Shown in pieces: positions 1 through 11,674 of a stretch of 64,000 bases of DNA. The stretch lies in NCBI GenBank assembly GCA_963666215.2, contig CAXWPL010000003.1, positions 256,001 to 320,000 of the forward strand, read 5' to 3'. Each line of letters opens with the position of its first letter. Within the stretch, counting starts at the first letter, position 1. Below the pieces are notes generated by a model that saw nothing but the letters and a program-made list of their open reading frames with translations, was not told the DNA's origin and did no database searches. Source of the stretch: Acidobacteriota bacterium (lineage in GTDB: Bacteria; Acidobacteriota; UBA890; WLXD01). The position numbers and the translations under genes were made by a program.

Positions 1-88
1 TGCCGCCCTTGATCACCAGCTTGTCCGACTGGATGTCTACACTGACACCCGGCGGCAGCTCTATGGGTTTCTTACCTATTCGTGACAT
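1..88 (-). CDS. rplF: 50S ribosomal protein L6, N-terminal part (runs off window)
   Basis: Manual translation from ATG at 88: MSRIGKKPIELPPGVSV...; follows rpsH as in spc operon. Confidence 0.93.
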   Translation of the reverse strand, partial: MSRIGKKPIELPPGVSVDIQSDKLVIKGG

Positions 89-90
89 CG

Positions 91-486
91 CTACCAGACC
101 CTACACAGAACCTCGCCGCCCACTCCGTGTTCGCGGCACTGGCGATCGGTAAGCAGACCTCGCGAGGTGGACACAATCGCCACGCCGAGGCCATTGAGCA
201 CGGTGGGAACGTCCGCCTTGCCGCAGTACACCCTGCGGCCAGGCTTGCTGACCCGCTCGATACCCGTGATCACGGGTCGGCGGCCAGGTAAATACTTCAA
301 GTCCACGCTGATCGTGCCTTGAGGCCCCGTCGGATCGGACGCCGTAGCGTTGACGTAGCCCTCCTCGCGGAGAATTCGGGCGATCTCCCGCTTCGTGTTC
401 GAGGCCGGAATTTGCACGGAATCGTGCTTGGCCATCATCGCGTTGCGGATACGCGTGAGCATGTCGGCAATCGGGTCCGTCATCAT
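91..486 (-). CDS. rpsH: 30S ribosomal protein S8
   Basis: MMTDPIADMLTRIRNA...SKPGRRVY...GGEVLCRVW; start moved to ATG at 486. Confidence 0.97.
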   Translation of the reverse strand: MMTDPIADMLTRIRNAMMAKHDSVQIPASNTKREIARILREEGYVNATASDPTGPQGTISVDLKYLPGRRPVITGIERVSKPGRRVYCGKADVPTVLNGLGVAIVSTSRGLLTDRQCREHGVGGEVLCRVW

Positions 487-496
487 GGCTGGATAC

Positions 497-682
497 CTAC
501 CAACTCGCCTTGCGCACTCCCGGAATCTCCCCCGCAAGCGAACGCATGCGGAAGCAAATCCGGCAGAGCTGGAACTTTCTCATGTAGGCGCGCGACCGAC
601 CGCAGCACCGACACCTGTTGACGGCGCGCGAGCTGAACTTCGGCTTGCGCTTCGACTTTACGATCCAAGCAGTGGTCGCCAA
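497..682 (-). CDS. rpsZ: 30S ribosomal protein S14, short zinc-binding (type Z) form
   Basis: 61 aa with CRCC and CRIC pairs, ends [11 protein letters not shown]; TTG start. Confidence 0.95.
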   Translation of the reverse strand: MATTAWIVKSKRKPKFSSRAVNRCRCCGRSRAYMRKFQLCRICFRMRSLAGEIPGVRKASW

Positions 683-706
683 GGCAGTCTTCCTTTGTTC
701 TGTTCT

Positions 707-1258
707 CTAGCGATCGTCGCGACGGAAGGGCATTCCCATGCCCGCGAGTAGCGACCTCGCCTCCTCATCCGAAACGGCGGAGGTGCAAATCGTTACGTTC
801 ATGCCCCGTACACGATCGACCTTGGTGTAATCGATCTCGGTAAAGATGAGCTGATCCTTGAGCCCGACGGTGTAGTTGCCGCGCCCATCGAACGACCGCC
901 GCGGCACCCCACGGAAATCCCGCACACGCGGAAGCGTGATCGTGATCAGGCGATCGAAAAATTCGTACATCAGTGGGCCGCGCAAGGTTACCGATACTCC
1001 GATCGGCATCCCTTCACGTAGTTTGAACGAAGCGATTGACTTGCGCGCGCGCCTCACCGCCGGCTTCTGCCCGGTGATTGCGGCGAGCTCCTCCATCGCC
1101 TTGTCGAGTTCCTTGATGTCCTGGGTCGCCGAACCCACTCCCATGTTGACGCTGATCTTCACGAGCCGCGGCACGGCCATCGGGTTGCCGTAGTCGTGCT
1201 CCTTCATGAGCTTCGGAAGGAGCTCGTCGTCGAAGAACTTCTTGAGTCGTGGAGCCAT
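707..1258 (-). CDS. rplE: 50S ribosomal protein L5
   Basis: [28 protein letters not shown] motifs. Confidence 0.97.
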   Translation of the reverse strand: MAPRLKKFFDDELLPKLMKEHDYGNPMAVPRLVKISVNMGVGSATQDIKELDKAMEELAAITGQKPAVRRARKSIASFKLREGMPIGVSVTLRGPLMYEFFDRLITITLPRVRDFRGVPRRSFDGRGNYTVGLKDQLIFTEIDYTKVDRVRGMNVTICTSAVSDEEARSLLAGMGMPFRRDDR

Positions 1259-1264
1259 CAGTTC

Positions 1265-1594
1265 TTAGTTCTTATCAATGATGCCGCCTTGGCGGCTAAC
1301 TCTGACCTTGGAGCCGTCTTCGAGACGCTTCCAACCCACCCGGGTAGGAGCGTTGGTCTCGGGGCAGACAACTGCGACATTCGACACATGCAGCGGCGCT
1401 TCGCTCTCGATAACGCCACCCTTGATCTTCTTGCTCGGATTGGCCTTCACCGCTCGGCGCGCCAGATTGACCCCCTCGACGAGCACCTGCTGTTTGCGGC
1501 GATCGACCTGCAGGACACGACCACTCTTGCCACGGTCACGCCCGGCGATGATGTACACCGTGTCTTCCTTGCGAACCTTGGACGCGCGCGACAC
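1265..1594 (-). CDS. rplX: 50S ribosomal protein L24
   Basis: KOW-like IAGRDRGKSG, VEGVN, EAPLHVSNV. Confidence 0.96.
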   Translation of the reverse strand: MSRASKVRKEDTVYIIAGRDRGKSGRVLQVDRRKQQVLVEGVNLARRAVKANPSKKIKGGVIESEAPLHVSNVAVVCPETNAPTRVGWKRLEDGSKVRVSRQGGIIDKN

Positions 1595-1965
1595 TACAGC
1601 ACCTCCGGGGCAAGGGAGACGATCTTCATGAAGCGACGCTCTCTCAGCTCGCGCCCAACCGGGCCGAAGACACGGGTCCCGATCGGATCGCCATTATCCG
1701 AGATCAACACGGCGGCGTTATTGTCGAAGCGGATGTACGACCCATCCTTGCGGCCGGTCTCCTTGCGCGTACGAACGACCACGGCACGGACAACCGTGCC
1801 TTTCTTAACCGTGCCATGCGGCGTGGCCTCCTTCACCGACGCCGAGATGATGTCGCCGAGGCCGGCCACCCTCGACACGCTCGAGCCGCCGATGCGCTGG
1901 ATGCACGCGATCTTGCGCGCGCCGGAGTTGTCGGCAACGTCGAGAATCGTCTGCATCTGAATCAT
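1594..1965 (-). CDS. rplN: 50S ribosomal protein L14
   Basis: [16 protein letters not shown]...GTRVFGPV...SLAPEVL. Confidence 0.98.
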   Translation of the reverse strand: MIQMQTILDVADNSGARKIACIQRIGGSSVSRVAGLGDIISASVKEATPHGTVKKGTVVRAVVVRTRKETGRKDGSYIRFDNNAAVLISDNGDPIGTRVFGPVGRELRERRFMKIVSLAPEVL

Positions 1966-2023
1966 GGCGAATTCTCCGAAGAGCTATCCCGCTCACGCGA
2001 GCTGACCCTCAGCGTCACTAGCT

Positions 2024-2308
2024 TCACGACCCTGGCGCTTTCTGAAGGATCTCGGTCACCCGCCAGAGCTTGCGCGCCGAAAGCGGGCGGCTCTCGATGA
2101 GTCGCACTCGATCGCCTACTCGGCATTCGTTGCGCTCATCGTGAGCCATGAACTTGGTACGAGTACGTACGACCTTGGTGTACAGCGGATGACGCGAGTT
2201 TCGCTCGACCGTAACGACGACCGACTTGTCCATCGAGTCGCTCGAGACCACGCCAACTTCTTGTCGGCGTCCGCCACGCGAATCCGCCTTGGCTCCCTGC
2301 TCGACCAT
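2024..2308 (-). CDS. rpsQ: 30S ribosomal protein S17
   Basis: [28 protein letters not shown]. Confidence 0.96.
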   Translation of the reverse strand: MVEQGAKADSRGGRRQEVGVVSSDSMDKSVVVTVERNSRHPLYTKVVRTRTKFMAHDERNECRVGDRVRLIESRPLSARKLWRVTEILQKAPGS

Positions 2309-2553
2309 TATGACTGCGCCTCTTGCGCCTGATCATGACCACTGGAATGTTTGGCCGCCGCGCGGCCGATCTCACGCTCGCGCCTAATCGTGAGCACGCG
2401 GGCGATCTCGCGCCGCACCTTACTCAGGGTCGCGGCGCTCTCCACCTGTCCCGTTGTCTTCTGAAATCGCAGCTTGAAGGCCTGCTCGCGCAGGTCGCGG
2501 AGCCGGTTGTCCAGCTCCCCCTCCGCCATGCCACGCAGCTCTTCGGCTAGCAC
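2308..2553 (-). CDS. rpmC: 50S ribosomal protein L29 (short C-terminal extension)
   Basis: [11 protein letters not shown]...[10 protein letters not shown]; lies between rplP and rpsQ. Confidence 0.93.
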   Translation of the reverse strand: MLAEELRGMAEGELDNRLRDLREQAFKLRFQKTTGQVESAATLSKVRREIARVLTIRREREIGRAAAKHSSGHDQAQEAQS

Positions 2554-2972
2554 GTCAGCTCCTCCAGCCTGCGCTTAACGAACTTCGTGGGAATCGGCAA
2601 CTTGGCGGAGGCACGCTTCATCGCCTCGCGGGCGACTGCTTCCTCTACCCCCTCGATTTCGTACATGATGCGGCCAGGCCTCACCACTGCCACCCAGAAC
2701 TCGGGCGCGCCTTTTCCCTTACCCATCCTCACCTCTGCCGGCTTCTTGGTGACAGGCTTGTCGGGAAAGATACGAATCCAAATCTTGCCACCACGCTTCA
2801 CGTGCCGCGTCATCGCGACACGAGCCGCCTCGATCTGTCGGGCGGTGATCCAGGCCGCTGACTGCGCCTGAAGACCAAACTCGCCGAACGCAACCGTACC
2901 CCCACGCAGCGCCTTGCCGCGGCGACGGCCGCGATGGTGCTTGCGGTATTTGACCTTCTTCGGCATCAACAT
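2547..2972 (-). CDS. rplP: 50S ribosomal protein L16
   Basis: [28 protein letters not shown]. Confidence 0.98.
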   Translation of the reverse strand: MLMPKKVKYRKHHRGRRRGKALRGGTVAFGEFGLQAQSAAWITARQIEAARVAMTRHVKRGGKIWIRIFPDKPVTKKPAEVRMGKGKGAPEFWVAVVRPGRIMYEIEGVEEAVAREAMKRASAKLPIPTKFVKRRLEELTC

Positions 2973-3051
2973 CGGCGTACCCTAATCTCGCAAATCTCGT
3001 GCTGTGTCTTGATCCGTCGTGCCCTTGCTGCCGGGCTGGTAGCTCGCGACT

Positions 3052-3705
3052 TCAGAGACCTGCTGTCCGCGCCATCCCCGGACTCAGAATCTCGCCTCGA
3101 TAAACCCACACCTTCACACCAATCCGGCCATATGTCGTGGCGGCCTCGGCGAACCCGTAGTCGATGTCGGCGCGCAGTGTGTGCAGCGGCAGCTTGCCGC
3201 TCAGATACCACTCGGCACGCGAAATCTCGAGGCCACCCAATCGACCGGCACAGCGGATCTTGACACCTTCGGCGCCAAAGCGTTCTGCGTTCTCAACGGC
3301 CTTGCGCATCGCCCGTCGGAAGGCGATCCGGCGCTCGAGCTGAGTGGCCACATTTTCGGCAACCAGCTGCGCGTCGGTCTCGGGCCTATGCACTTCCTGG
3401 ATGTTGATGAAGACCTCGCGGCCGGTCTGCTGCTCGATCTTGCTCTTGAGGCGATCAACCTCAGTACCCTTGCGACCGATCACGATTCCCGGACGAGCTG
3501 TGTGGATCTCGATCTTGAGCTTGTTCGCAGCACGCTCGATCTCCACCTTGGAGATGCCAGCATGACGCAGTCGATCGTGCAGCATCGTGCGCAGCTCGAT
3601 GTCCTCGTGCAACAGGTTGGCGTAGTCCTTCCCGGCGAACCAGCGCGAGCGCCAGTCCTTTGTATAGCCGAGGCGGAAGCCGAGCGGATGTACCTTCTGG
3701 CCCAC
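3052..3705 (-). CDS. rpsC: 30S ribosomal protein S3
   Basis: [33 protein letters not shown]. Confidence 0.98.
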   Translation of the reverse strand: MGQKVHPLGFRLGYTKDWRSRWFAGKDYANLLHEDIELRTMLHDRLRHAGISKVEIERAANKLKIEIHTARPGIVIGRKGTEVDRLKSKIEQQTGREVFINIQEVHRPETDAQLVAENVATQLERRIAFRRAMRKAVENAERFGAEGVKIRCAGRLGGLEISRAEWYLSGKLPLHTLRADIDYGFAEAATTYGRIGVKVWVYRGEILSPGMARTAGL

Positions 3706-3706
3706 G

Positions 3707-4072
3707 CTAGCTCTCTTTCTCGCCCAGCTTCACGGTAATGTGGCTGGTCCGCTTGATGATCGGGAAAGCCCGGCCCATTGGCTGGGGTCGAATCCGTGGC
3801 GGCAGTGACGGACCCGGATCGACGAAGATCTCCGCAACATACAGCTCATCGACGTCGACATCTGGACGCCGATCCTCGGCGTTCGCGATTGCCGCGCGTA
3901 GCACCTTCTCGAGCGCAGCTGAGGCCCTGCGCTTGGAGAGTTGCAACCGCCCGAGCGCGTCTTGCACGTTGACGCCGCGGATCGTATTGGCGACGAGTCG
4001 GTACTTCGTCGGCGATCCCCGCTGGTAACGCGCCCGTGCAACCGCAACCGGGTCGAACTCGGTGCTAGCCAT
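3707..4072 (-). CDS. rplV: 50S ribosomal protein L22
   Basis: [27 protein letters not shown]. Confidence 0.95.
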   Translation of the reverse strand: MASTEFDPVAVARARYQRGSPTKYRLVANTIRGVNVQDALGRLQLSKRRASAALEKVLRAAIANAEDRRPDVDVDELYVAEIFVDPGPSLPPRIRPQPMGRAFPIIKRTSHITVKLGEKES

Positions 4073-4143
4073 AGTCTGGTGAGTCTCGTTGGTTCTCGTT
4101 AATTCTCATGTCTCGGTGAATGGCGCCCGGTTGAGGCCCTGCT

Positions 4144-4431
4144 CTACCGGAAGCCGGTCTTACGGTCTGACCTGCCACCCGCGTGCGACCGGAACGTGCG
4201 CGTGGGGGCGAACTCGCCCAGCTTGTGGCCAACCATGTTCTCGGTGATGTACACGGGGATGAACCGCTTGCCGTTGTGAACGGCCAGCGTGTGTCCCACC
4301 ATTTCCGGAACGATAGTCGAGCGCCGCGACCATGTCTTGATCACGTTGCGGTCGCCCGCGGCGTTCATCGCGTCGACCTTCTTGCGCAGCGAGGGCTCGA
4401 CGTACGGCCCCTTCTTCAGCGACCTGGTCAT
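4144..4431 (-). CDS. rpsS: 30S ribosomal protein S19
   Basis: [27 protein letters not shown]. Confidence 0.98.
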   Translation of the reverse strand: MTRSLKKGPYVEPSLRKKVDAMNAAGDRNVIKTWSRRSTIVPEMVGHTLAVHNGKRFIPVYITENMVGHKLGEFAPTRTFRSHAGGRSDRKTGFR

Positions 4432-4434
4432 CTT

Positions 4435-5274
4435 CTATTTTCTCCTGCGTCCCTGGTCGCGCCGCCGCACGATCCACTTGCCAGTTCTGCGGTTGCGGCG
4501 TGTCTTGGCGCCCTTCGTGGGCTTACCCCACGGTGTACATGGATGGCGCCCACCGGAGGCCTTGCCCTCGCCACCTCCCATCGGGTGGTCCACTGGGTTC
4601 ATCGCCACGCCGCGAGTATGCGGACGGCGACCGAGCCAGCGACGCCGGCCCGCCTTGCCATACGACTGGTTCGAATGCTCGCTGTTGCCCACCGCACCGA
4701 TCACCGCGCGGCAGTCGAGGTGGATCAGCCGTACCTCGTGCGACGGCAACCGAATTTGGGCGTAACGGCCCTCCTTGGCTGCGACCGTCGCCTGCGTCCC
4801 TGCGCTGCGAGCAATCTGCGCGCCCTTGCCCGGCTTCATTTCGATACAGGAAACAGTCGTGCCGAGCGGGATGGCGCGCAGCGGTAGAGCGTTGCCGGGG
4901 CGGATGTCGGCGTTGACGCCCGACATCAGCGTGTCCCCCACTTCCACTCCAGCCTGAGCGACGATGTAGCGCTTCTCGCCATCAACATAGTGCAGCAGCG
5001 CGATGCGCGCCGAGCGGTTGGGGTCGTACTCGATCGTAGCCACCTTCGCCGGCACACCATCCTTGTCGCGGCGGAAGTCGATCTCACGATAGCGACGTCG
5101 ATGGCCGCCGCCACGGTGACGGATCGTGATTTGCCCCTTGTGGTTACGCCCCGAGATGCGACGCTTGCCCGAGGTGAGCTTCTTGTTGGGCTTGCTCGCT
5201 GTCAGCTCGGCGAAGTCGGGGCCCTTGCGGAACCGCGATCCCGGCGATGTCGGCTTGAGCTGTCTCATGGCCAT
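4435..5274 (-). CDS. rplB: 50S ribosomal protein L2
   Basis: [30 protein letters not shown]; start moved to ATG 5274. Confidence 0.98.
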   Translation of the reverse strand: MAMRQLKPTSPGSRFRKGPDFAELTASKPNKKLTSGKRRISGRNHKGQITIRHRGGGHRRRYREIDFRRDKDGVPAKVATIEYDPNRSARIALLHYVDGEKRYIVAQAGVEVGDTLMSGVNADIRPGNALPLRAIPLGTTVSCIEMKPGKGAQIARSAGTQATVAAKEGRYAQIRLPSHEVRLIHLDCRAVIGAVGNSEHSNQSYGKAGRRRWLGRRPHTRGVAMNPVDHPMGGGEGKASGGRHPCTPWGKPTKGAKTRRNRRTGKWIVRRRDQGRRRK

Positions 5275-5278
5275 CGGC

Positions 5279-5569
5279 TTACACCCCTTCGAAGTACTCG
5301 ACCATCTTTTGGCCTTCGGCAACGCGGACGTATGCCTTCTTCCATCCGGCCCGGTGCCCGACATGCCGCCCGAGCCTCTTGGGCTTGGCGCGCACGTTCA
5401 TGACCCGAACGTTGTCCACGCGCACCTTAAAGATCGATTCCACAGCCCGCCTCACGTCGACCGCGGTGGCCCGCCGGTCCACCTCGAAGCAAAGGGTGCG
5501 CTGCCCTTCCTTCATGACCGTCGCCTTTTCGGTGATGACCGGGCGTCGAATAACGTCGTGCGCGTTCAT
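5279..5569 (-). CDS. rplW: 50S ribosomal protein L23
   Basis: [22 protein letters not shown]. Confidence 0.96.
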   Translation of the reverse strand: MNAHDVIRRPVITEKATVMKEGQRTLCFEVDRRATAVDVRRAVESIFKVRVDNVRVMNVRAKPKRLGRHVGHRAGWKKAYVRVAEGQKMVEYFEGV

Positions 5570-6189
5570 CGAAGCGCCTCGCTGATACGGGCGATGCCCG
5601 CCTGACTGGTCAGCAGGTTGTCGTGCAGCAGCAGATCGTAGGCTGAGAGTCCGTAGCCACTCACGACGGAGGTGTTCGGCAGGTTGCGCGCGGCGAGCGC
5701 AAGCTGGTTGTTGGCCTCGGGTACGTAGATCAAGGTCTTCCCCTCGAGCCCGAGAGACTTCAAAAGCTCGACGACGCGACGTGTTCTCGGCTCGTCGATG
5801 CCAATCTCGTCGACCACACAGATATTGCCCTCGCTGTACAAGCTCGAGAGCGCCATCTGCAGCGCGAGCCTCATCTTGCGTCGCGGCATCTTCTGCGCGT
5901 AGCTGCGCGGCTGCGGCCCGAACGTCACGCCACCCTTTCGCAAGAGCGGGCTACGTCGATCGCCCTGCCGAGCCCTACCCGTGCCCTTCTGGCGGAACGG
6001 CTTCTTCTTGGTGCCATGGACCTCGGCACGTGTCCGTGTAGAGTGCGTTCCCTGCCGACTGGACGCACGAACATACACAACAGCTTCGTGCAGCACGCTC
6101 AGCTTGATCCGCCGCTCGAAGGCTCCCGCCTCCACGGCGACGGAGCCGACGACCTTGTTGTCGCGATCGCGAACGTCGAGAGTCGACAT
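5566..6189 (-). CDS. rplD: 50S ribosomal protein L4
   Basis: RQGTHSTRTRAEV, KPFRQKGTGRARQG, GGVTFGP. Confidence 0.97.
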   Translation of the reverse strand: MSTLDVRDRDNKVVGSVAVEAGAFERRIKLSVLHEAVVYVRASSRQGTHSTRTRAEVHGTKKKPFRQKGTGRARQGDRRSPLLRKGGVTFGPQPRSYAQKMPRRKMRLALQMALSSLYSEGNICVVDEIGIDEPRTRRVVELLKSLGLEGKTLIYVPEANNQLALAARNLPNTSVVSGYGLSAYDLLLHDNLLTSQAGIARISEALR

Positions 6190-6253
6190 CGCTCAGGCCC
6201 TCTTGGTTATGTGGGTCTTGATCATCACAGTCTTGATCTTCATGGTGACCGGC

Positions 6254-6883
6254 TCAGCCGGCCTGCTTGATGAGCACATAACCGTTGCGCGCACCGGGCA
6301 CCGAGCCCTTGACCAGCAGGAGATGGTTGTCGGCGTCGACCTTTACGACGCTTACGCGGCGCTCGGTAACACGCTTGTTGCCCATCTGTCCGGGCATCTT
6401 CTTGCCCTTGAACACCTTCGCCGGCCAGGCAGCTTGCCCGATCGATCCTGGCGAACGATGGAACATCGAGCCGTGCGTCGCCTTGCCGCCGCGAAAGCCG
6501 TAGCGGCGCATCACGCCCTGAAATCCCTTGCCCTTCGAAGTCGCGACGATGTCCACCTTGTCGATGCCCTCGAAGAGCTCGACGGTCAGGCGGTCGCCTA
6601 ACTCTGGATCGTTGGCCCCGTCGGCGAGCCGCAACTCGCGAATCACGCGCACAGCCGGTGAACCTGCCTTGGCGAGATGGCCGCGCTCCGGCTTCGAAAT
6701 GCGATGCGGGCTGAGCCCTTCTTCCAAGTAGCCGATCTGCACGGCACGATAACCATCGCGCTTCTCGTCGCGCACTTGCAGCACGACGCACGGCCCGGCG
6801 CGGAGCACCGTGACAGGCACCTGCCGCCCCGACTCGTCGAAGAGGCGTGTCATCCCGACCTTCTGTCCAATGAGACCGTTCAC
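6254..6883 (-). CDS. rplC: 50S ribosomal protein L3
   Basis: KVGMT, SKGKGFQG, PGSIG, VKGSVPG. Confidence 0.97.
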   Translation of the reverse strand: MNGLIGQKVGMTRLFDESGRQVPVTVLRAGPCVVLQVRDEKRDGYRAVQIGYLEEGLSPHRISKPERGHLAKAGSPAVRVIRELRLADGANDPELGDRLTVELFEGIDKVDIVATSKGKGFQGVMRRYGFRGGKATHGSMFHRSPGSIGQAAWPAKVFKGKKMPGQMGNKRVTERRVSVVKVDADNHLLLVKGSVPGARNGYVLIKQAG

Positions 6884-6895
6884 GATGCTCGCCCG

Positions 6896-7216
6896 CTAGT
6901 GTTCCGGCCCGAAGGCCTTGATCTCAACGTCCACGCCGGCCGGCAAGTCGAGCTTCATCAGCGCGTCTACCGTCTGTGGAGTGGCCTGCAGGATATCGAC
7001 GATGCGCTTGTGGGTACGGATCTCGAACTGCTCACGCGACTTCTTGTCGACGTGCGGAGATCGCAGAACCGTGTAAATCGAGCGCGCCGTCGGCAGCGGG
7101 ATAGGACCAGCCACTTCCGCTCCCGTGCGCTCGGCGGTCTCGACGATCTCGTGCGCGGACTGGTCGAGCACCCGGTGATCGTAGGCCTTGAGTCGAATGC
7201 GGATTTTTTGGTCCAT
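6896..7216 (-). CDS. rpsJ: 30S ribosomal protein S10
   Basis: [30 protein letters not shown]. Confidence 0.98.
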   Translation of the reverse strand: MDQKIRIRLKAYDHRVLDQSAHEIVETAERTGAEVAGPIPLPTARSIYTVLRSPHVDKKSREQFEIRTHKRIVDILQATPQTVDALMKLDLPAGVDVEIKAFGPEH

Positions 7217-7291
7217 CCGTAGCTACCTCAGCTCTACAGCAAGAGCCGCCTGCGTGGTTCGTTATCGATCCGTTAGTCGCGTAGTCGCGGC

Positions 7292-8474
<1,183 letters not shown>

Positions 8475-8580
8475 CAGGCTGTCCTCCGACGCGATTCAGA
8501 CCGGCGTAGCCGACGTAGATCGAGTACCAACGGGTGGACGCGCAAAGGTTGCCCGCCCTGTGATCAAAAATGGGAACAGA

Positions 8581-8655
8581 TGGAGCCCACGACCGGGATT
8601 GAACCGGTGACCTCTTCCTTACCAAGGAAGCGCTCTACCACTGAGCCACGTGGGC
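8581..8655 (-). tRNA. tRNA-Thr(GGT)
   Basis: GCCCACG/CGTGGGC acceptor, CTTCC-TTGGTAA-GGAAG anticodon arm, GGTTCAATCC T-loop, encoded CCA. Confidence 0.96.
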
Positions 8656-8742
8656 CCGTATTTCCTGCCTTCAGATGTTGGTACAGCGTCCGGTCGAGTC
8701 CCGCGTGCGGGGCGCGCAAGTACCGCATCTCGCCGTGGAGAG

Positions 8743-8816
8743 AGCGGGAAACGGGACTCGAACCCGCAACCCCCAGCTTGGAAGGCTGGTGCTCTACCAA
8801 ATTGAGCTATTCCCGC
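8743..8816 (-). tRNA. tRNA-Gly(TCC)
   Basis: GCGGGAA/TTCCCGC acceptor, CCAGC-CTTCCAA-GCTGG, GGTTCGAGTCC; CCA not encoded. Confidence 0.95.
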
Positions 8817-9065
8817 CTCGCAACTGGAGTGAACGCTTTTGAGCCCCCGTGCAAGGGACCGTATCTTAGCACCGGGTCCGATGGCCGCCAAGTCGGTCGA
8901 ACGGGGTTTTCTGACCCTTCACGCGGCGCCCCCAGCCGGCATCGGCCAAGGGCTTTCGACGGCCCCCGGTGCTGACGGCGGGCTGACCGCGGTTGGAGGC
9001 CGGCTCCGGAATCGGAGCTCCGGGTCGTGCCGCGATGCAGACCGCGCTTATATCTATATAAGGAG

Positions 9066-9148
9066 TGGGGAGTGGAGGATTCGAACCTCCGTAGGCATAA
9101 GCCGGCAGATTTACAGTCTGCTCCCATTGACCACTCGGGCAACTCCCC
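9066..9148 (-). tRNA. tRNA-Tyr(GTA)
   Basis: GGGGAGT/ACTCCCC acceptor, GCAGA-CTGTAAA-TCTGC, long variable arm, GGTTCGAATCC. Confidence 0.95.
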
Positions 9149-9240
9149 CCCAACACGAAAAGTGCGACGACCCGTCGCGGCACTGCGATGCTCGACCCAA
9201 CCCCGGCCTCCGCGCCCTCGACAAGGCCTCTGTCAACAGG

Positions 9241-9313
9241 AGCTGGCGAGAGGACTCGAACCTCCGACCTGCTGATTACAAATCAGCTGCTCTGCCAACT
9301 GAGCTACGCCAGC
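9241..9313 (-). tRNA. tRNA-Thr(TGT)
   Basis: GCTGGCG/CGCCAGC acceptor, CTGAT-TTGTAAT-CAG anticodon region, GGTTCGAGTCC. Confidence 0.95.
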
Positions 9314-9341
9314 TGCGTATCCTGAGCTCCCAGCATTCGGA

Positions 9342-9350
9342 ACTATAGCA
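9342..9350 (-). promoter_or_regulatory. Putative extended -10 promoter for the tRNA-tuf transcript
   Basis: Minus strand TGCTATAGT (TGn + TATAGT) about 30 nt upstream of tRNA-Thr(TGT). Confidence 0.45.
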
Positions 9351-9366
9351 GGGTGTTTTGCCGCGC

Positions 9367-10119
9367 TCAGCCACCCTTCGCCAGGCGCCGTGACCGCTGT
9401 CGGACGACCTCGTAAGCGACGGCTGCAAAGGCGGCGTTGACGTTGAGAGAAGCCACTCTTCCGGCCATCGGAAGGTGTACCCGCAGGTCGCACCGCTCCG
9501 CGACCAACCGTCGCAATCCCCTCCCCTCGGCACCCGCTACGAGCGCTACCGGCACGCTCAAATCCACCTCGTGCCAGGATTGTGAGCTCGTCGGCTCGAG
9601 ACCGACCACCCAGTAGCCCAACTTCTTCAGTGTCTCCAGAAGCCGGTTGAGATTGCCCACGCGGTGAATGCGCAGGTGCTCCGTCGCTCCGGCGGACGCT
9701 CGCACCACCGCCGGCGTCACCGGCGATGCCCGACGTAGGGGCAGGCAAAGAGCCGTCACCCCCGCCGCCTCCGCCGTTCGGCAGATCGCACCGAGATTTT
9801 GAGGATCCTGAACCTGGTCGAGAACAACGACGAACTGATCCTCATCGGCACCTGGTAGCGTCGCTTCGTCGAGGTAGGGATAGGGGCCGCAACGCAACGC
9901 GGCACGGGCGTCTTCCACACCCGCGAGCCGCAGCTGCTCGACCGACCGCTTTAGAATCGGCACTCCCGCCGTTCCGGCGACCGCTTCCAAGTGGGGGTGT
10001 GCGGGGCCGCCGTCGGCGCGAAGCCACAACTCGTCGAGCCGGCGGCGCCGCGCGCGAAGGGCCTCACCGACCGAGTGGCTCCCGGTCAGCCACTCGCTAC
10101 CGTGCCGGCGCTCAGCCAC
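9367..10119 (-). CDS. rlmB: 23S rRNA (Gm2251) 2'-O-methyltransferase, SpoU/TrmH family
   Basis: LDQVQDPQNLGAICRTA, GAEGRGL, SLNV; GTG start at 10119 chosen because it overlaps the gltX stop. Confidence 0.88.
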   Translation of the reverse strand: MAERRHGSEWLTGSHSVGEALRARRRRLDELWLRADGGPAHPHLEAVAGTAGVPILKRSVEQLRLAGVEDARAALRCGPYPYLDEATLPGADEDQFVVVLDQVQDPQNLGAICRTAEAAGVTALCLPLRRASPVTPAVVRASAGATEHLRIHRVGNLNRLLETLKKLGYWVVGLEPTSSQSWHEVDLSVPVALVAGAEGRGLRRLVAERCDLRVHLPMAGRVASLNVNAAFAAVAYEVVRQRSRRLAKGG

Positions 10120-11674
10120 GATCCTGTAGGATGCGCTCGATGCGCTCGCCAACGCCTGCGATGCCAACGCCCGACTCGGTTGCAGAACCGCGCTCGATCA
10201 ACGGTACCAGCCGAGCCAGCTCTGGACCATCCGACTCCAGCGTGAGAGCGAGGCGCAACGGATGAAAGAGCTCACGCCCACGCGCTCCGCTCTCGCGCCC
10301 CGCGGCCTTGGCGGCGGCGCGAAACCGATCGCCCTCCGAAAGTGCCTCACGGGCGCTGATCGCCGCGAAGGCGCGCAGTGTCGTCGGCGCGGTGGATGAC
10401 TCGGAAATCTCCTGGCGCGCGGCCTCCAAGGCGGCGCTGGTGGAAGCCGATGACGACGTCGGCAGATGCCGTAGCAACAAGGGCTGCAGCGCGCCGGCCA
10501 CCTCGCTCAACCAGCGGACACGGGGTCTGACCAGGTCGACCGCCTCGCGCCACCACGCTGGGGCTTGCTCCGGCGTCTCTCCAGCCTGGAGCAAGAAACC
10601 TCGCGCGCGATCGAGCAGCTCTTCGGGCGTCAGTCGCGCCAGATGCTGCTGGTTGAGCCAAGCGAGCTTGTCATCGTCGAAGATCGCGTTCGATGTCGCC
10701 AGCGCACGTGCGTCGAACACGTCGACGAGCTCGGCGCGCGTCAGCACCTCCTGCTCTCCGGGCACCTCCCACCCCAGAAGCGCCAGATAGTTCAAGAGAG
10801 CCTCTGGCAGCACTCCGCGAGCGCGCATCTCCGCGACACTTGCTGCGCCGTGGCGCTTCGACAGGCGCCGGCGATCGGGGCCTAGCAGCAGTGGAAGATG
10901 CAAGAAGAGCGGTGGCTCCCACCCGTAGGCGCGGTAGAGCGAGAGCTGTCGCGCGGTGTTGGTGAGATGATCCTGGCCCCTCACGACGCTGTCGATCGAC
11001 ATGTCATGGTCGTCGACCACAACGGCGAACTGATAAGTCGGTCGGCCGTCGCGGCGGACAATCACGAAGTCGCCGATCTCGTCGGCCGCAACCTCGAGCT
11101 CGCCGCGCAGCTCGTCGTGCATGCGGAAGTCGCCTGCGAGGTCGGCGGCGCGGAAGCGATACCGATACGCGGCGGGCTCGCCCGCGGCCACCCGCGAGCC
11201 GGCCGCGGCCGCGGGCAACGAACCACAGTCCGCCATGCAGCCGGGCGAGCTGGCCTCCACCACCGGGACGACCACGCCATGATCGGTGATGTCCTGTGTG
11301 TCGCCTTGCGCTGGAGTCTCGCCGCTCGAGCGCTGAGGCGGCTCGCAAAAACACGGGTATGCAGATTCTCTCCCGATCAGCTCGCGCAGCGCGGCGGAGT
11401 ACCGCTCGGCGCGCTGCGACTGCAGGTACGGCCCGTGCTCGCCGCCAACGTCCGGTCCTTCGTCCCAATCGAGACCGAGCCAGCGCAGGTCATCGAGCAA
11501 CCGATCGGTGGCCCCTTCAACATTGCGATCGAGGTCGGTGTCCTCGATGCGCAACACCAGCGCGCCTCCGCGGCGCCGGGCCTCGAGCCAATTCACGATC
11601 GCCGTGCGCGCGTTGCCGACGTGCAGCGACCCGGTGGGGCTCGGCGCAAAACGCAGCCGCGGCGCGTCGACCAT
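10112..11674 (-). CDS. gltX: Glutamate--tRNA ligase
   Basis: RFAPSPTGSLHVGNAR (HIGH), LRIEDTD, LSKRHG (KMSKS-like), C-terminal LFHPLRLALT anticodon domain; ATG at 11674 in TGATG overlap. Confidence 0.93.
   Translation of the reverse strand: MVDAPRLRFAPSPTGSLHVGNARTAIVNWLEARRRGGALVLRIEDTDLDRNVEGATDRLLDDLRWLGLDWDEGPDVGGEHGPYLQSQRAERYSAALRELIGRESAYPCFCEPPQRSSGETPAQGDTQDITDHGVVVPVVEASSPGCMADCGSLPAAAAGSRVAAGEPAAYRYRFRAADLAGDFRMHDELRGELEVAADEIGDFVIVRRDGRPTYQFAVVVDDHDMSIDSVVRGQDHLTNTARQLSLYRAYGWEPPLFLHLPLLLGPDRRRLSKRHGAASVAEMRARGVLPEALLNYLALLGWEVPGEQEVLTRAELVDVFDARALATSNAIFDDDKLAWLNQQHLARLTPEELLDRARGFLLQAGETPEQAPAWWREAVDLVRPRVRWLSEVAGALQPLLLRHLPTSSSASTSAALEAARQEISESSTAPTTLRAFAAISAREALSEGDRFRAAAKAAGRESGARGRELFHPLRLALTLESDGPELARLVPLIERGSATESGVGIAGVGERIERILQDRG

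Noticed and set aside
8817-9065. Long spacer between tRNA-Tyr and tRNA-Gly as a hidden RNA; missing CCA on three tRNAs
   Set aside because: No cloverleaf or known RNA motif recognised; unencoded CCA is common.
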